The position numbers and the translations under genes were made by a program. A stretch of 64,000 nucleotides of DNA from an uncultured delta proteobacterium (lineage in GTDB: Bacteria; Myxococcota_A; Polyangia; Polyangiales; JAFGIB01), in the NCBI GenBank assembly GCA_963778655.1, contig CAVZVA010000010.1, positions 928,001 to 992,000 of the forward strand, in the 5' to 3' direction. Of the stretch, positions 50,183 to 59,845 are shown piece by piece (within the stretch, counting starts at the first letter, position 1; each line of letters opens with the position of its first letter). The notes under the pieces were generated by a model. It did no database searches. It saw only the letters and a list, made by a program, of their open reading frames with translations, and was not told the origin of the DNA.

Positions 50183-51519
50183 CGCTTGGCCGCCTCCTCG
50201 CGGACTTTCTGCGGCGGCTTGGCTGTAAGCCGCGCCGACAAGCGCACGGTCTTGCCCGGGTGCACGAAGATCTCGGCCGCCTGATCCTGGAAGAACGGGT
50301 TCTTGTACTTGACGTAGTGCTTGCCGGGCGGCAGCGGGATGCGTGAGGAGGTCGGCGTGGTGGCGACCAGCTCGCCGTCCACATAGACGTCGGCCCAGGG
50401 CTCGACCACGACCTGCAGGTAGCCAGCGCGGTGCGGGATCAGCGGCGCGTCGCTCTGCTCCCCGAAGCTGCCGTTGCGATCGCTGAAGCGGCCGGTGGAA
50501 GCCTGGATCGCGCCGCCGGTCGCCAGCAGCACCAAGAACAGCGCCGAGAACATCAACGCCGCGCTGCGCACGAGCGAGCGATCGTACTGCCCGCCGCGAG
50601 CGCCGCGTGTGGCGCCGGCCTTGAGCGTCTCCTCGGCTTCGAGCTCGCTGATCACCGCCACGTCGCGCAGGAACATCACCAGGCGCGCGCTGTGGTTCAT
50701 GCCCACGCGGCCTGCCAAGAACTCCATCAGGTCGTCGATCAGGGTCTGCGTGCTGGGGTAGCGGCTGGCCGGCACCTTCTCCATGCTGCGCGCCAGGATG
50801 CGTTCCATGCTGCGCGGCACCGAGCCCACGACCTTGCGCGGGTTGACGTAGCGGTCGAGGCGGATCTTCTGCATCACGGTGCGCGCCTCGTCCTCGACGA
50901 AGGGCTTCTGTCCGGTGATGCACTGGTAGAGCACGATGCCGAGCGAGAAGATGTCGCTGCGGAAGTCGAGCTTGTCGCCGAGGATCTGCTCCGGGCTCAT
51001 GTAGCTCGGGGTCCCTACACCGGTGCCGGTCTCGGTCAGATCAGAGAGCGAGTGATCGCGCGCGATCCCGAAGTCCATCAGCTTCACCTCGCCCTGGTGC
51101 GAGATGATGATGTTGGCCGGCTTGATGTCGCGGTGGATGATGCCGCGGAAGTGCGCGTAGTCGAGCGCGCGCGCCACCTGCAGGCCGATCACCGCCGCGA
51201 CGTCGACCGGCAGCCGCGGCGTGAGCTGGAGCAGATCGTACAGGTCGACGCCCTGCACGTACTCCATGATGATGTACATGGTGTCGCCGTCTTTGAGGAA
51301 GTCGTAGACGTGCAGGATGTTCTCGTGCTGCAGCGAGGCCATGAAGCGCGCCTCGCGCTCGAAGCGCAGCGCGAAGTGGCTGTCGACCGCGATCGAGGGC
51401 TTGAGCGCCTTGATCGCCACCACGCGTTCGAGCGGCTCCTGCACGGCCTTGTAGATCACGGCCATGCCGCCGCTGCCGATCTCGCCGACGATGCGGCAGT
51501 TGCCGATGCGATCCAGCAT
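50179..51519 (-). CDS. Ser/Thr protein kinase with TM segment and PEGA-like C-terminus
   Basis: GSGGMA, VAIK, HRDIKPAN, DFG, GTPSYMSPE; PWADVYVDG. Confidence 0.95.
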   Translation of the reverse strand: MLDRIGNCRIVGEIGSGGMAVIYKAVQEPLERVVAIKALKPSIAVDSHFALRFEREARFMASLQHENILHVYDFLKDGDTMYIIMEYVQGVDLYDLLQLTPRLPVDVAAVIGLQVARALDYAHFRGIIHRDIKPANIIISHQGEVKLMDFGIARDHSLSDLTETGTGVGTPSYMSPEQILGDKLDFRSDIFSLGIVLYQCITGQKPFVEDEARTVMQKIRLDRYVNPRKVVGSVPRSMERILARSMEKVPASRYPSTQTLIDDLMEFLAGRVGMNHSARLVMFLRDVAVISELEAEETLKAGATRGARGGQYDRSLVRSAALMFSALFLVLLATGGAIQASTGRFSDRNGSFGEQSDAPLIPHRAGYLQVVVEPWADVYVDGELVATTPTSSRIPLPPGKHYVKYKNPFFQDQAAEIFVHPGKTVRLSARLTAKPPQKVREEAAKR

Positions 51520-51642
51520 CGCCCGCAACGTAGAGAGCGTCGGCGGCCGTGTCAAACCCGAACGCCGGACCAGTCCTGCCGGCCTAGACCAATGATTCCA
51601 AATGGTTACGGTTGGTGACCGGGCCCTTTGCGGCCGCGCGGG

Positions 51643-52866
51643 TCACTGGGTGGTGGACGCGGGCAGATACACGCAGACCGCCCGGGTGGCGGCGGCAAAG
51701 CCGCCCCGGTGATCGCGCATGGTGATGAAGAAGCGCACCAGCTTGCCCTTGACGGGCAGCTTGTCGGTGACCGCGGGGCCGTGCCACTCGACCGGGCTGT
51801 CGAACTGCGTGCTCTGGCCGGTCCCCATCGGGGTGCCGGCGTCGCCGGCGCCGCTCCACAGCGTGAAGCGACGCTCCATGCTGCCCAAGGTGGTGTACAC
51901 GGTCAGCTCCAGGTCCTCGTAGCTCTTGTCGGGCAGCCGCTCGCGCTTGTCGCCGTCGTAGCGCAGGTCGACTTCGTGATCGCCCGGAAGGCGTGACGGC
52001 AGGGTGTGCGACTCCGTGGTCTTGTGGCCGGTGGCCGTGTCCATGAAGCAATCGTCGTCCGCCGGCAGCGGCCTCGGTGGCGCCAACCACATGGAGCCGT
52101 CGACGCAGCCGTCGAAGCAGGTGGTCAGCGCGGCGATGTCGGGATTGTGGTTCTCGTCGGCGGCCTTGTGCTGCACCGGGATCTGCGCGTTGATGCGGAT
52201 GGTCTCGCCGCTGTTGTTCTCGCAGCCGAAGATCTGCGGGTCGGTCGGGTCGATGTAGGCCTCGCCGCGCTCGCAAACCACGCCCAGCAGCAGCATGTTG
52301 GCAGCGCTGAAGTCCGCCGGCACGTCAATGTCGGCGCTGGGGTCGCCGTCGATGCACTGCACCGAGACCGAGCCGTAGTGCACCAGCGACGAGGGCAGGT
52401 CCTTGCAGCGGAACCTGCGCGCGGCCAGCGGCAGCGCGGCGCTGAGATCGATCGGCCCGCTGCCGCTGACCACGTCCAGGAACTCCTGGCACACCGGGAC
52501 GCCGCCGGTGAAGCGCGCCGGGGCGGTGCAGCTGATCAGCATGGTCTTGCTCTTCGCCGTGGTGCCCTTCTGCGACGGGAACACGGTCAGAAACGACACG
52601 TGCGCTTGCTCGCCGGGCTTGGGCGTCGCGCGCGTCTCGTCGCCCACCACCTGCACCTGCGAGCCGAGGATCCGCATGTGGGTGATCGCGGTGGCCTTGG
52701 GTAGGTTGTCGTTGCAGCCGAGCGCGAGCAACAGCAGCCCCAGGACCCAGACGAACGCAACCCACCAGTGAGCGAAGCGAACCCCGCGGAGGGGTGGGGC
52801 CCCAACGGCTTTGCCGGTGGGGCGGGGAGGGCGCGTGCCGTCCCCGGCATCGAGAACCCTGCTCAT
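51643..52866 (-). CDS. hypothetical lipoprotein downstream of the TonB-dependent receptor
   Basis: Hydrophobic stretch then LGC; ATGA overlap with the receptor stop; C-terminal RD.RGG. Confidence 0.8.
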   Translation of the reverse strand: MSRVLDAGDGTRPPRPTGKAVGAPPLRGVRFAHWWVAFVWVLGLLLLALGCNDNLPKATAITHMRILGSQVQVVGDETRATPKPGEQAHVSFLTVFPSQKGTTAKSKTMLISCTAPARFTGGVPVCQEFLDVVSGSGPIDLSAALPLAARRFRCKDLPSSLVHYGSVSVQCIDGDPSADIDVPADFSAANMLLLGVVCERGEAYIDPTDPQIFGCENNSGETIRINAQIPVQHKAADENHNPDIAALTTCFDGCVDGSMWLAPPRPLPADDDCFMDTATGHKTTESHTLPSRLPGDHEVDLRYDGDKRERLPDKSYEDLELTVYTTLGSMERRFTLWSGAGDAGTPMGTGQSTQFDSPVEWHGPAVTDKLPVKGKLVRFFITMRDHRGGFAAATRAVCVYLPASTTQ

Positions 52867-55679
52867 AGCTCACCCCGCAGACCGAGCACCGGCAGAATCG
52901 GCAGGCCCCTCACGCTCTGCCGCTGCCTGTACTCGTAGTCGTAGACGATGCCTTCGGAGTTGGTGGCGTTGTAGGCGTTCTGGACGTCGAGATAGAGCGC
53001 GAGCTTCCACGCGCTGAAGGTCCACTGCTTTTCCAGCCGCACGTCGAGCCGGTTGAACAGCGGCTCGCGCACGGAGTTGGTGGGCCCGAAGATCGGTGAG
53101 TACAACCCGGTGACGGTGTTCAGGTTGGCCCCGATCACCGGCGTGCTGGGATTGCCGGAGACGAGGCGAAAGGTCAGACCGGCCTCCCAACCGCGGCCGA
53201 GACGGTAGACGCCGGCCACGGTGAGGATGTGGGTCTGGTCGAAGTCGAACAGGTCCCAGCGCTCGCCCGCGTGGTCCTTGCGTTCGCTGCGTGAGAGTGT
53301 GTAGGAGAGATAGCCGAAGAAGCGCCCGCGCGGCTGGATCCTGGCCGAGACCTCCAGCCCGTAGACGCGGCCCTTGCCCTCGTTGGTGAAGTACGGAGCC
53401 TGGCCGAGCTGCGTGCCGACTACCCGATCGAAGAGCTGCTTGTAGAAGCCGTCGACCCCGACGGTGAAGCCCTCCGCGAGCGTGTGATCGGCGCCCAGAT
53501 CGAGGTGCACGGTGTGGGTCGACTTGAGGTGCGGGTTGCCGAGCTTGGGCGACGACTCCTGCGGTTGCGGCGGCTGCGAGAAGACCCCTGCGCCCGCCTT
53601 GAGCGAGGTCGACTCGGTCAGCTTGTAGTGCGCCGAGGCGCGCGGATCGTAGCTGTAGCCCTTGATCTCGGAGTAGTAGTCGGCGCGGCTGCCGAGGTTG
53701 AACAGCCAGCGCCCCAGCGTGAGGTCGCTCTCCAGGTAGACGGCCGGCTGCGCGATCAGGAAGTGGTCGTTGGCGGTGATGCGGTCGCGGTTGCTGAAGG
53801 TCGCAGCGTTGGGGTTGTTGGCGTTGGGATTGCCTTCGCTCTGCTCGACCGGGGGGCCGCTGTAGGCGAACTGACCCGGCAGGAAGAACAGATCGAGGCC
53901 GGCGATCAACCGCACCTGGTCGCTGGCGCGGGCGCGCCACTCCGCACGGCCATAGATATCGTTGCCGGAGCTGTTGAACACGAAGGCGTTGCCGAGGCCG
54001 ACATCGACGTTGACGTAGCCGACGGCGACATCGACGTCCTGGTCGATCCGGTCGTTGATCTGGTGGCGCCACGATCCGTGCACGCGGTGGAACTGCGAGC
54101 CGAGGTTGAAATCGCCCGTCACCGACGAGTCCGAGTCGACCGGCTGCTGGAACAGCAGCTTGAAGCGGTCGCTGCTGCCGTACGCCATCAAGCGCAGCTT
54201 GTCGTGGTTGCCCGGGTGGTAGGTGGCCATCGCCTGGTAGTCGTAATAGACCGGGGCCGCGATGGTGGAGAGGTTGCTCGGCGCCAGCGACTCGAAGACG
54301 GTATCGAAGTAGCTGCGGCGGGCCGCGATCGCGACCTCCGCGTCCTTGCTGACCGGGGTCTGCACCAGCAGCGAGGCATCGATCAGGTTGATGTCCGCGA
54401 CGCCGTGCAAACGGTCGCGCGGGATCTCGGCTGCGCGCACGTCGATGATACCGCCGCGCCTGCGGCCGTAACGCACCGAGAAGTTGCCGGGGTAGAACTC
54501 GATGCTGTCGAGCATGCGCGAGTTGATGAAGCTGGTGAGCCCGCCGAAGTGATACAGGATCGGGACCGGCAGGCCTTCGAACTGGGCCTGGGTGTCGGTC
54601 GGCGCGCTGCCGCGCACGATCAGCTGCCCGCTGCCCAGCGGGGGGCGCGCCACGCCGGGCATCAGCTCGACGGTGCGCAGCGCGTCGCCGCGCGTGCCCG
54701 GGATGCGCGTCAGCTCCTGCTTGCCGATCACGCGCCGGGTGACCTCGCGCGGCGGCGGCTGCACGCGGGCGACCGCGCCGAAGGCCTCGGTGTCGACCGG
54801 CTCGATCAGCGCGTAGGTCACGCTGGTGGCCTCGCCGGCGTGCAGCTCCTCGGGCTGCTCGCGCGCCGAGCGTCCCTTGGCCTCCACGTGCACGGTATAG
54901 GTGCCGGCCGCGAGCCCGTCGAACGTGAAGCGGCCCTGCGCGTCGGTGGTCGCGTGCGACGCTGGTGCACCGCCGGGGGCGCTCAGCGTCACCTCCGCGC
55001 CCGCGAGCGGCGCCTTGTCCTCAGCCGCGACCACCTGGCCCTCGAGCCGCGCGGGCGGCGGCGGGGCCTCCGGCGGCGGTGGGGGCGGCGCCACTTCTTT
55101 GAATTCGAACACGTAGGGAAAGTGGATGCGCGCCGCGATCGGCTGGCCGTCTTTGAGCGCGGGCTCGAACTGGAGCTGGCGTGCAGCGGCCAGCGCCGCT
55201 TCGTCGAAGCCATGCCCGGCCGGGGTCACCACCTTGAGGTCTTTGACGCTGCCATCGGTGTTGATCACCATCTCCAGCTCGACCGTCGCGCCCAGCCCCT
55301 GGGCTTTGGCTTCCTCGGGGTAACGGGCCTCCACGAACTTCTTGAGCTTGGGTGGGCTGAAAGTGTTCGCGGGGGGCGCCGCCGGCTGGCCTTGCACCGG
55401 CTGGCCCTGTGCCGGCTGGCCTTGCGGCGGGCCGGGTGAGGTCGGCGCCGGCTGGGACGCCGCGCCGGGCGCTGGCGCGGCGGGCACTTGCGCAGGAGGC
55501 TGCGCGGGCACCACCGTCTGGGGCGGCGCGGTCGCCGGTGGAGACGACGGCGCCTGCGACTGCGCCCCCGCGTCCGGGCGCGGCTGATCGGCAAGCGGCT
55601 GGGCCCACAGCGGCGTGCCGCATAGCCAAAGCGCTAAACTCACTGCCGTTGCGGCCGCCGCGCGGGAGGATGCCGACAT
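52863..55679 (-). CDS. TonB-dependent receptor with N-terminal TonB-C and carboxypeptidase-regulatory-like domains
   Basis: Signal peptide; YP..AK..G...TV.L..GSV..FD.AAL.A TonB-C motif; plug IPG..GD.LR; barrel ending GLRGEL. Confidence 0.92.
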   Translation of the reverse strand: MSASSRAAAATAVSLALWLCGTPLWAQPLADQPRPDAGAQSQAPSSPPATAPPQTVVPAQPPAQVPAAPAPGAASQPAPTSPGPPQGQPAQGQPVQGQPAAPPANTFSPPKLKKFVEARYPEEAKAQGLGATVELEMVINTDGSVKDLKVVTPAGHGFDEAALAAARQLQFEPALKDGQPIAARIHFPYVFEFKEVAPPPPPPEAPPPPARLEGQVVAAEDKAPLAGAEVTLSAPGGAPASHATTDAQGRFTFDGLAAGTYTVHVEAKGRSAREQPEELHAGEATSVTYALIEPVDTEAFGAVARVQPPPREVTRRVIGKQELTRIPGTRGDALRTVELMPGVARPPLGSGQLIVRGSAPTDTQAQFEGLPVPILYHFGGLTSFINSRMLDSIEFYPGNFSVRYGRRRGGIIDVRAAEIPRDRLHGVADINLIDASLLVQTPVSKDAEVAIAARRSYFDTVFESLAPSNLSTIAAPVYYDYQAMATYHPGNHDKLRLMAYGSSDRFKLLFQQPVDSDSSVTGDFNLGSQFHRVHGSWRHQINDRIDQDVDVAVGYVNVDVGLGNAFVFNSSGNDIYGRAEWRARASDQVRLIAGLDLFFLPGQFAYSGPPVEQSEGNPNANNPNAATFSNRDRITANDHFLIAQPAVYLESDLTLGRWLFNLGSRADYYSEIKGYSYDPRASAHYKLTESTSLKAGAGVFSQPPQPQESSPKLGNPHLKSTHTVHLDLGADHTLAEGFTVGVDGFYKQLFDRVVGTQLGQAPYFTNEGKGRVYGLEVSARIQPRGRFFGYLSYTLSRSERKDHAGERWDLFDFDQTHILTVAGVYRLGRGWEAGLTFRLVSGNPSTPVIGANLNTVTGLYSPIFGPTNSVREPLFNRLDVRLEKQWTFSAWKLALYLDVQNAYNATNSEGIVYDYEYRQRQSVRGLPILPVLGLRGEL

Positions 55680-55804
55680 TGCGCGGGTCGCAGCGTATAC
55701 GGCCGGCGGCCGCAGTAAAAGGGCGCTGAACGGCGTACGAGCCGCGCAATGTCGTGCGCGCGGTTGCGCCGTTCGAGGGGGCGCGCTAAGAGCCGGCCCT
55801 TGTC

Positions 55805-56908
55805 ATGAGCCTCTCGGTCGGCATCGTCGGGCTGCCCAACGTCGGCAAATCGACGCTGTTCAACGCGCTGTCGAGCAAGCAGGCCGAGGCGGCCAACTAC
55901 CCGTTCTGCACCATCGACCCCAACGTGGGCGTGGTGCCCGTGCCGGACCCGCGCTTCGACGCTCTGGTCGCCCTGATCGAGCCCGACAGCCGCGTGCCGG
56001 CCACGGTCGACTTCGTGGACATCGCCGGGCTGGTACGCGGCGCCAGCCGCGGCGAAGGCAAGGGCAACGCGTTTCTGGCGCACATCCGCGACTGCAGCGC
56101 GATCGCGCACGTGGTGCGCTGCTTCGAGGACCCCAACGTGGTTCACGTCGACGGCCGTGTCGATCCGCTGGCCGACATCGAGACCATCAACACCGAGCTG
56201 ATCCTGAAGGACCTGGAGACGGTGCAGAAGCGCCTCGATCGCGCGCGCCGCGCAGCCAAGGGCGGCGACCCGCTCGAGCGAGCGGCGGTCGCCGCGTGCG
56301 AGCGGCTCGAGCAGGCGCTCGACCAGGGCAAGCGCGCGGCCCAGCTCGAGATCGAGGACGAGCGCGAGAAGCTGGTGGTGAAGGAGCTGCAGCTGATCAC
56401 CGCCAAGCCGATGTTCTACGTGTGCAACGTGCGTGAAGATCAGCTGGCCGCGGCCGATGCTGATCCGCTGGTCAGCAAGGTGCGCGGGCGCGCCGAGGCC
56501 GAAGGCACCGTGGCCGAGGTGGTGTGTGCGGCGATCGAGGCCGAGATCATGCAGCTCGCGCCCGCCGACCGCGCCGAGTTCCTGCAGTCGGTCGGCTTGC
56601 AGGAGCCCAGCCTCAACCAGGTGATCCGCAGCGGCTACCGCATGCTCGAGCTGATCACCTTCTTCACCGCGGGCAAGAAGGAAGTCCGCGCCTGGACCAT
56701 CAAGCGTGGCGACAAGGCGCCACAGGCGGCCGGAAAGATCCACACAGATTTCGAGCGCGGCTTCATCAAGGCCGAAGTCATCGGCTGGCAGGATCTGGTC
56801 AGCCTGGGCAGCGAGGCGGCCTGCAAGGCGGCCGGCAAGATGAGCACCGAGGGCAAGGAATACGTGGTGCGCGACGGCGACGTGATGCACTTCCGCTTCA
56901 ATGTGTAG
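55805..56908 (+). CDS. ychF: redox-regulated ATPase YchF
   Basis: GIVGLPNVGKSTLFN, NYPFCTIDPN, DIAGLV, IHTDFERGFI, FRFNV. Confidence 0.98.
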   Translation: MSLSVGIVGLPNVGKSTLFNALSSKQAEAANYPFCTIDPNVGVVPVPDPRFDALVALIEPDSRVPATVDFVDIAGLVRGASRGEGKGNAFLAHIRDCSAIAHVVRCFEDPNVVHVDGRVDPLADIETINTELILKDLETVQKRLDRARRAAKGGDPLERAAVAACERLEQALDQGKRAAQLEIEDEREKLVVKELQLITAKPMFYVCNVREDQLAAADADPLVSKVRGRAEAEGTVAEVVCAAIEAEIMQLAPADRAEFLQSVGLQEPSLNQVIRSGYRMLELITFFTAGKKEVRAWTIKRGDKAPQAAGKIHTDFERGFIKAEVIGWQDLVSLGSEAACKAAGKMSTEGKEYVVRDGDVMHFRFNV

Positions 56909-57199
56909 GCCGCACAGCGGGTGCGGGATCCGCCGCACCGCTAAATGACCGGTCGGCATGGCCGTTCGCGAATCGTGCTCGGTCCTTTGGGTGCCACAGC
57001 AGGGCGCTGGCCACCCACAGCGCGGTACAGCGGCGCCGCGTTCCACCCTGGCCAATCGGCGCGCGCGGCCCCACATCAGCCGCACGCCGAGCCGTGCTGG
57101 TCCTGGACAAGCACTCGGCCGCACACCTATGCTTGATCTTGCGGAACGCGTCCAATCGCCAGCAAAGACAGACTCTTCGCGTAGTTTGGAACCATCTCG

Positions 57200-58201
57200 A
57201 TGAGCTTGGGCTGCGCCGAGGCAAGCCGCGCAGGGCGCCGGATCGGAGAGGCACGGCGGGCCGTGCGGCCGTGGGCGGCGCTCTATGCGCTGGCGCTCGT
57301 GATCGCCGCCGCGCAGTCGGCGCGCGCGCAGCAAGCGACGGCAGCTCCCGCCGCGGCGGCGCCGGAGCTGCCCAAGGCCGCGCTGCTCGCCACCCAAGGC
57401 GCGTCCGAGGGCCAGGGCGATGGTGCGCTCGACTCCGTGATCCAGGCAGCGCTCGGCAAGCTCGGCGTGGTCGACGTGAGCGCGCGCCCCGGCATGGACC
57501 TCGGCGCGATCCAGCTCGCGATCGACTGCGTGGGCGCGACGCCTGCGTGCTTGCGCGCGGTCGCCAACCAGAGCGGCGTGCAGATCTTGATCGCGCCCGC
57601 GATCGAGCGCACCGGCCAGGAGCTGGTGCTCACGCTGCTGTACTTCGACGCGGCCGGTGACGGCGAGCAGCGCCGCGTGGTGCACAGGCAACAGGGCAGC
57701 ACGCTCGAGCCCGAGACGCTCGACGCGGTGCCCGGCATGCTGCGCGAGCTGTTCCGGGTCGCCGCGCCCGCGCAGCCCGCGCCGGCCGCCGCGCAACCGC
57801 CACCCGAGTCGCAGCCCGCGCCCGCGCCGGCGAAGCGCGGCCCTGCGCTGCTCGGGCCGCTGATCGTGGGCGGTGCCGGCGTCGCCGTGATCGGCGCGGG
57901 CCTGGTGGCCGGCGCGATCATGAAGGGCACGCAGAACGACTACGCCAAGCTGCCCGTGACCAACAAGGCGCAGGCCCAGACCGCGAGCGACAAGCTCGGC
58001 TCGGGTCGCAGCCAGGCGCTGGTGGCCAATGTGTTGCTGGGCGTGGGCGCCGCGGCGGTGGTGGCCGGCGGCATCTGGCTCGTGCTCGAGCTGGGCCACC
58101 ATGGCCATCGCCAAGAGACGCCGCCGCAGACCGCGCTCGCACCCCTACTGGGCTCGCACGCGCTGGGGCTGGCGCTGGTTCATCGGGGGCACGGCTTATG
58201 A
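57200..58201 (+). CDS. hypothetical exported/membrane protein
   Basis: Signal-like segment, Pro/Ala linker, two C-terminal hydrophobic Gly-rich helices; ATGA-coupled to the next gene. Confidence 0.78.
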   Translation: MSLGCAEASRAGRRIGEARRAVRPWAALYALALVIAAAQSARAQQATAAPAAAAPELPKAALLATQGASEGQGDGALDSVIQAALGKLGVVDVSARPGMDLGAIQLAIDCVGATPACLRAVANQSGVQILIAPAIERTGQELVLTLLYFDAAGDGEQRRVVHRQQGSTLEPETLDAVPGMLRELFRVAAPAQPAPAAAQPPPESQPAPAPAKRGPALLGPLIVGGAGVAVIGAGLVAGAIMKGTQNDYAKLPVTNKAQAQTASDKLGSGRSQALVANVLLGVGAAAVVAGGIWLVLELGHHGHRQETPPQTALAPLLGSHALGLALVHRGHGL

Positions 58202-59841
58202 AGCCGAGCGCGGTGCAGGCGATCGGGTTGCAGATCTACGCGCTGGCGTTACTGGCCGGGCTGGCCGGCTGCAGCTTCGACGCCTCGGCCAATCCGAAGC
58301 ACTGCGGCAAGTGCAAGGGGCCGTGCTTCGTCGGTTTCTGCCTGGCCAGCAGCAGCGACGGCGGTGGCGCCGGGCAGGGCGGCGGCGGCGAGGGCAGCGG
58401 CGACGCGGCCGCGGCCGACGCCGGCGCCGACGCGGCCGCGCCCGAGAGCTGTGACACCCAGGGCGAAACGCGCTTCTGCTTCGACGGCCCCCAGCAAGCA
58501 GCCACGGTGGGGTTGTGCAAGGCCGGGATGCAGCGTTGCCAGAACGGCGTATACGGCCCGTGCCTGGGCGAGGTCACGCCGGTCGACGAGCAGTGCAACG
58601 GGCAGGACGACGACTGCGACGGCACGGCCGACGAGGACGTGGCCGGAGGCTCGTGCACCGCGGACAACGCCGAGGGCGCATGCAAGGCCGGGACGCTGAG
58701 CTGCGACAAGGGCGTGTCTCGCTGTCAGTCGATGGCCGAGCCGGCTCCCGAGAGCTGCAACGGGCAAGACGACGATTGCGATGGCAAGACCGACGAAGGC
58801 ACGGGCAGCGCCTGCTACCCCGACGGTGCCGCGGGCTGTGTCATGTCGGACGGCGCGTGGACCTGCACCGGCGTGTGCAGAGCGGGCACGCAGGCCTGCA
58901 GCGGCGGCAAGCTGGGCAGCTGCGAAGGCGCGGTCACGCCGGTCGCGACCGACCCCTGTACCACCTCGGGCACCGCGGCCGACGAGGACTGCGACGGCAA
59001 GATCGACGAGGACTGTGCCTGCAGCAGCGGCCAAACCCAAAGCTGCTACAGCGGCCCCGATGGCACGCTCGGGGTCGGCGCGTGCCAGGACGGCACCCAG
59101 ACCTGCGACACCACCAGCAACCGCTTCGGTGCTTGCGTCGGCGAGGTCTTGCCGGGGGCGGAAACCTGCCAGAACCAGGGCAGCGACGACGACTGCGACG
59201 GCACGCCCGACAACGTGCCGACCGTGGGCGACACCTGCATCGACAGCAGCAAGAAGGGCGTGTGCCGTACCGGCAGCTTGCAGTGCAAGGGCACGAGCGC
59301 TGCAGCGCCAATCTGCGTGACACCCGACCCCGCCGCCAAGGAGGCCTGCGACGGGCTGGACGACGACTGCGACGGCAAGATCGACGAGGACTTCAGCCTG
59401 CAGAGCGACCCGGCCAACTGCGGCGCTTGCGGCGCGGCCTGCAAGGACACGCAGACCTGCTGCTCCGGGCGCTGCAGTGACACCAACAGCGACGCCAGCC
59501 ACTGCGGCATGTGCAGCGTCTCCTGCGGCAGCGGCCTCGATTGCTGCGGCGGCATGTGCAAGGACGAGCAGCAGGACGAGAACAACTGCGGCATGTGCGG
59601 CATGGTGTGCGCGAAAGGCTCGACCTGCTGCGGCGGAACGTGCGTGGACTTGAAGGCGGACGGCGACAACTGCGGCATGTGCGGCCATGGCTGCGCGAGC
59701 GGCCTTAGCTGTTGCTCCGGGATGTGCATCGACACGCAGACGTCCAACACCAACTGCGGTCAGTGCGGCCACCGCTGTGCCTTGTTGACCGGAGGCACTT
59801 GTCCTTGCAACGGCGGCACGTGCGGCGGCCTCTGCATCTGA
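58198..59841 (+). CDS. Cys-rich repeat lipoprotein
   Basis: Lipobox LAGC; repeated E.C.G.DDDCDG..DE and D..NCG.CG..C....CC.G.C units. Confidence 0.88.
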   Translation: MKPSAVQAIGLQIYALALLAGLAGCSFDASANPKHCGKCKGPCFVGFCLASSSDGGGAGQGGGGEGSGDAAAADAGADAAAPESCDTQGETRFCFDGPQQAATVGLCKAGMQRCQNGVYGPCLGEVTPVDEQCNGQDDDCDGTADEDVAGGSCTADNAEGACKAGTLSCDKGVSRCQSMAEPAPESCNGQDDDCDGKTDEGTGSACYPDGAAGCVMSDGAWTCTGVCRAGTQACSGGKLGSCEGAVTPVATDPCTTSGTAADEDCDGKIDEDCACSSGQTQSCYSGPDGTLGVGACQDGTQTCDTTSNRFGACVGEVLPGAETCQNQGSDDDCDGTPDNVPTVGDTCIDSSKKGVCRTGSLQCKGTSAAAPICVTPDPAAKEACDGLDDDCDGKIDEDFSLQSDPANCGACGAACKDTQTCCSGRCSDTNSDASHCGMCSVSCGSGLDCCGGMCKDEQQDENNCGMCGMVCAKGSTCCGGTCVDLKADGDNCGMCGHGCASGLSCCSGMCIDTQTSNTNCGQCGHRCALLTGGTCPCNGGTCGGLCI

Positions 59842-59845
59842 GCCC

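Noticed and set aside
52863..55679. TonB-C domain fused to a TonB-dependent receptor as a novelty
   Set aside because: Architecture already known in myxobacterial receptors
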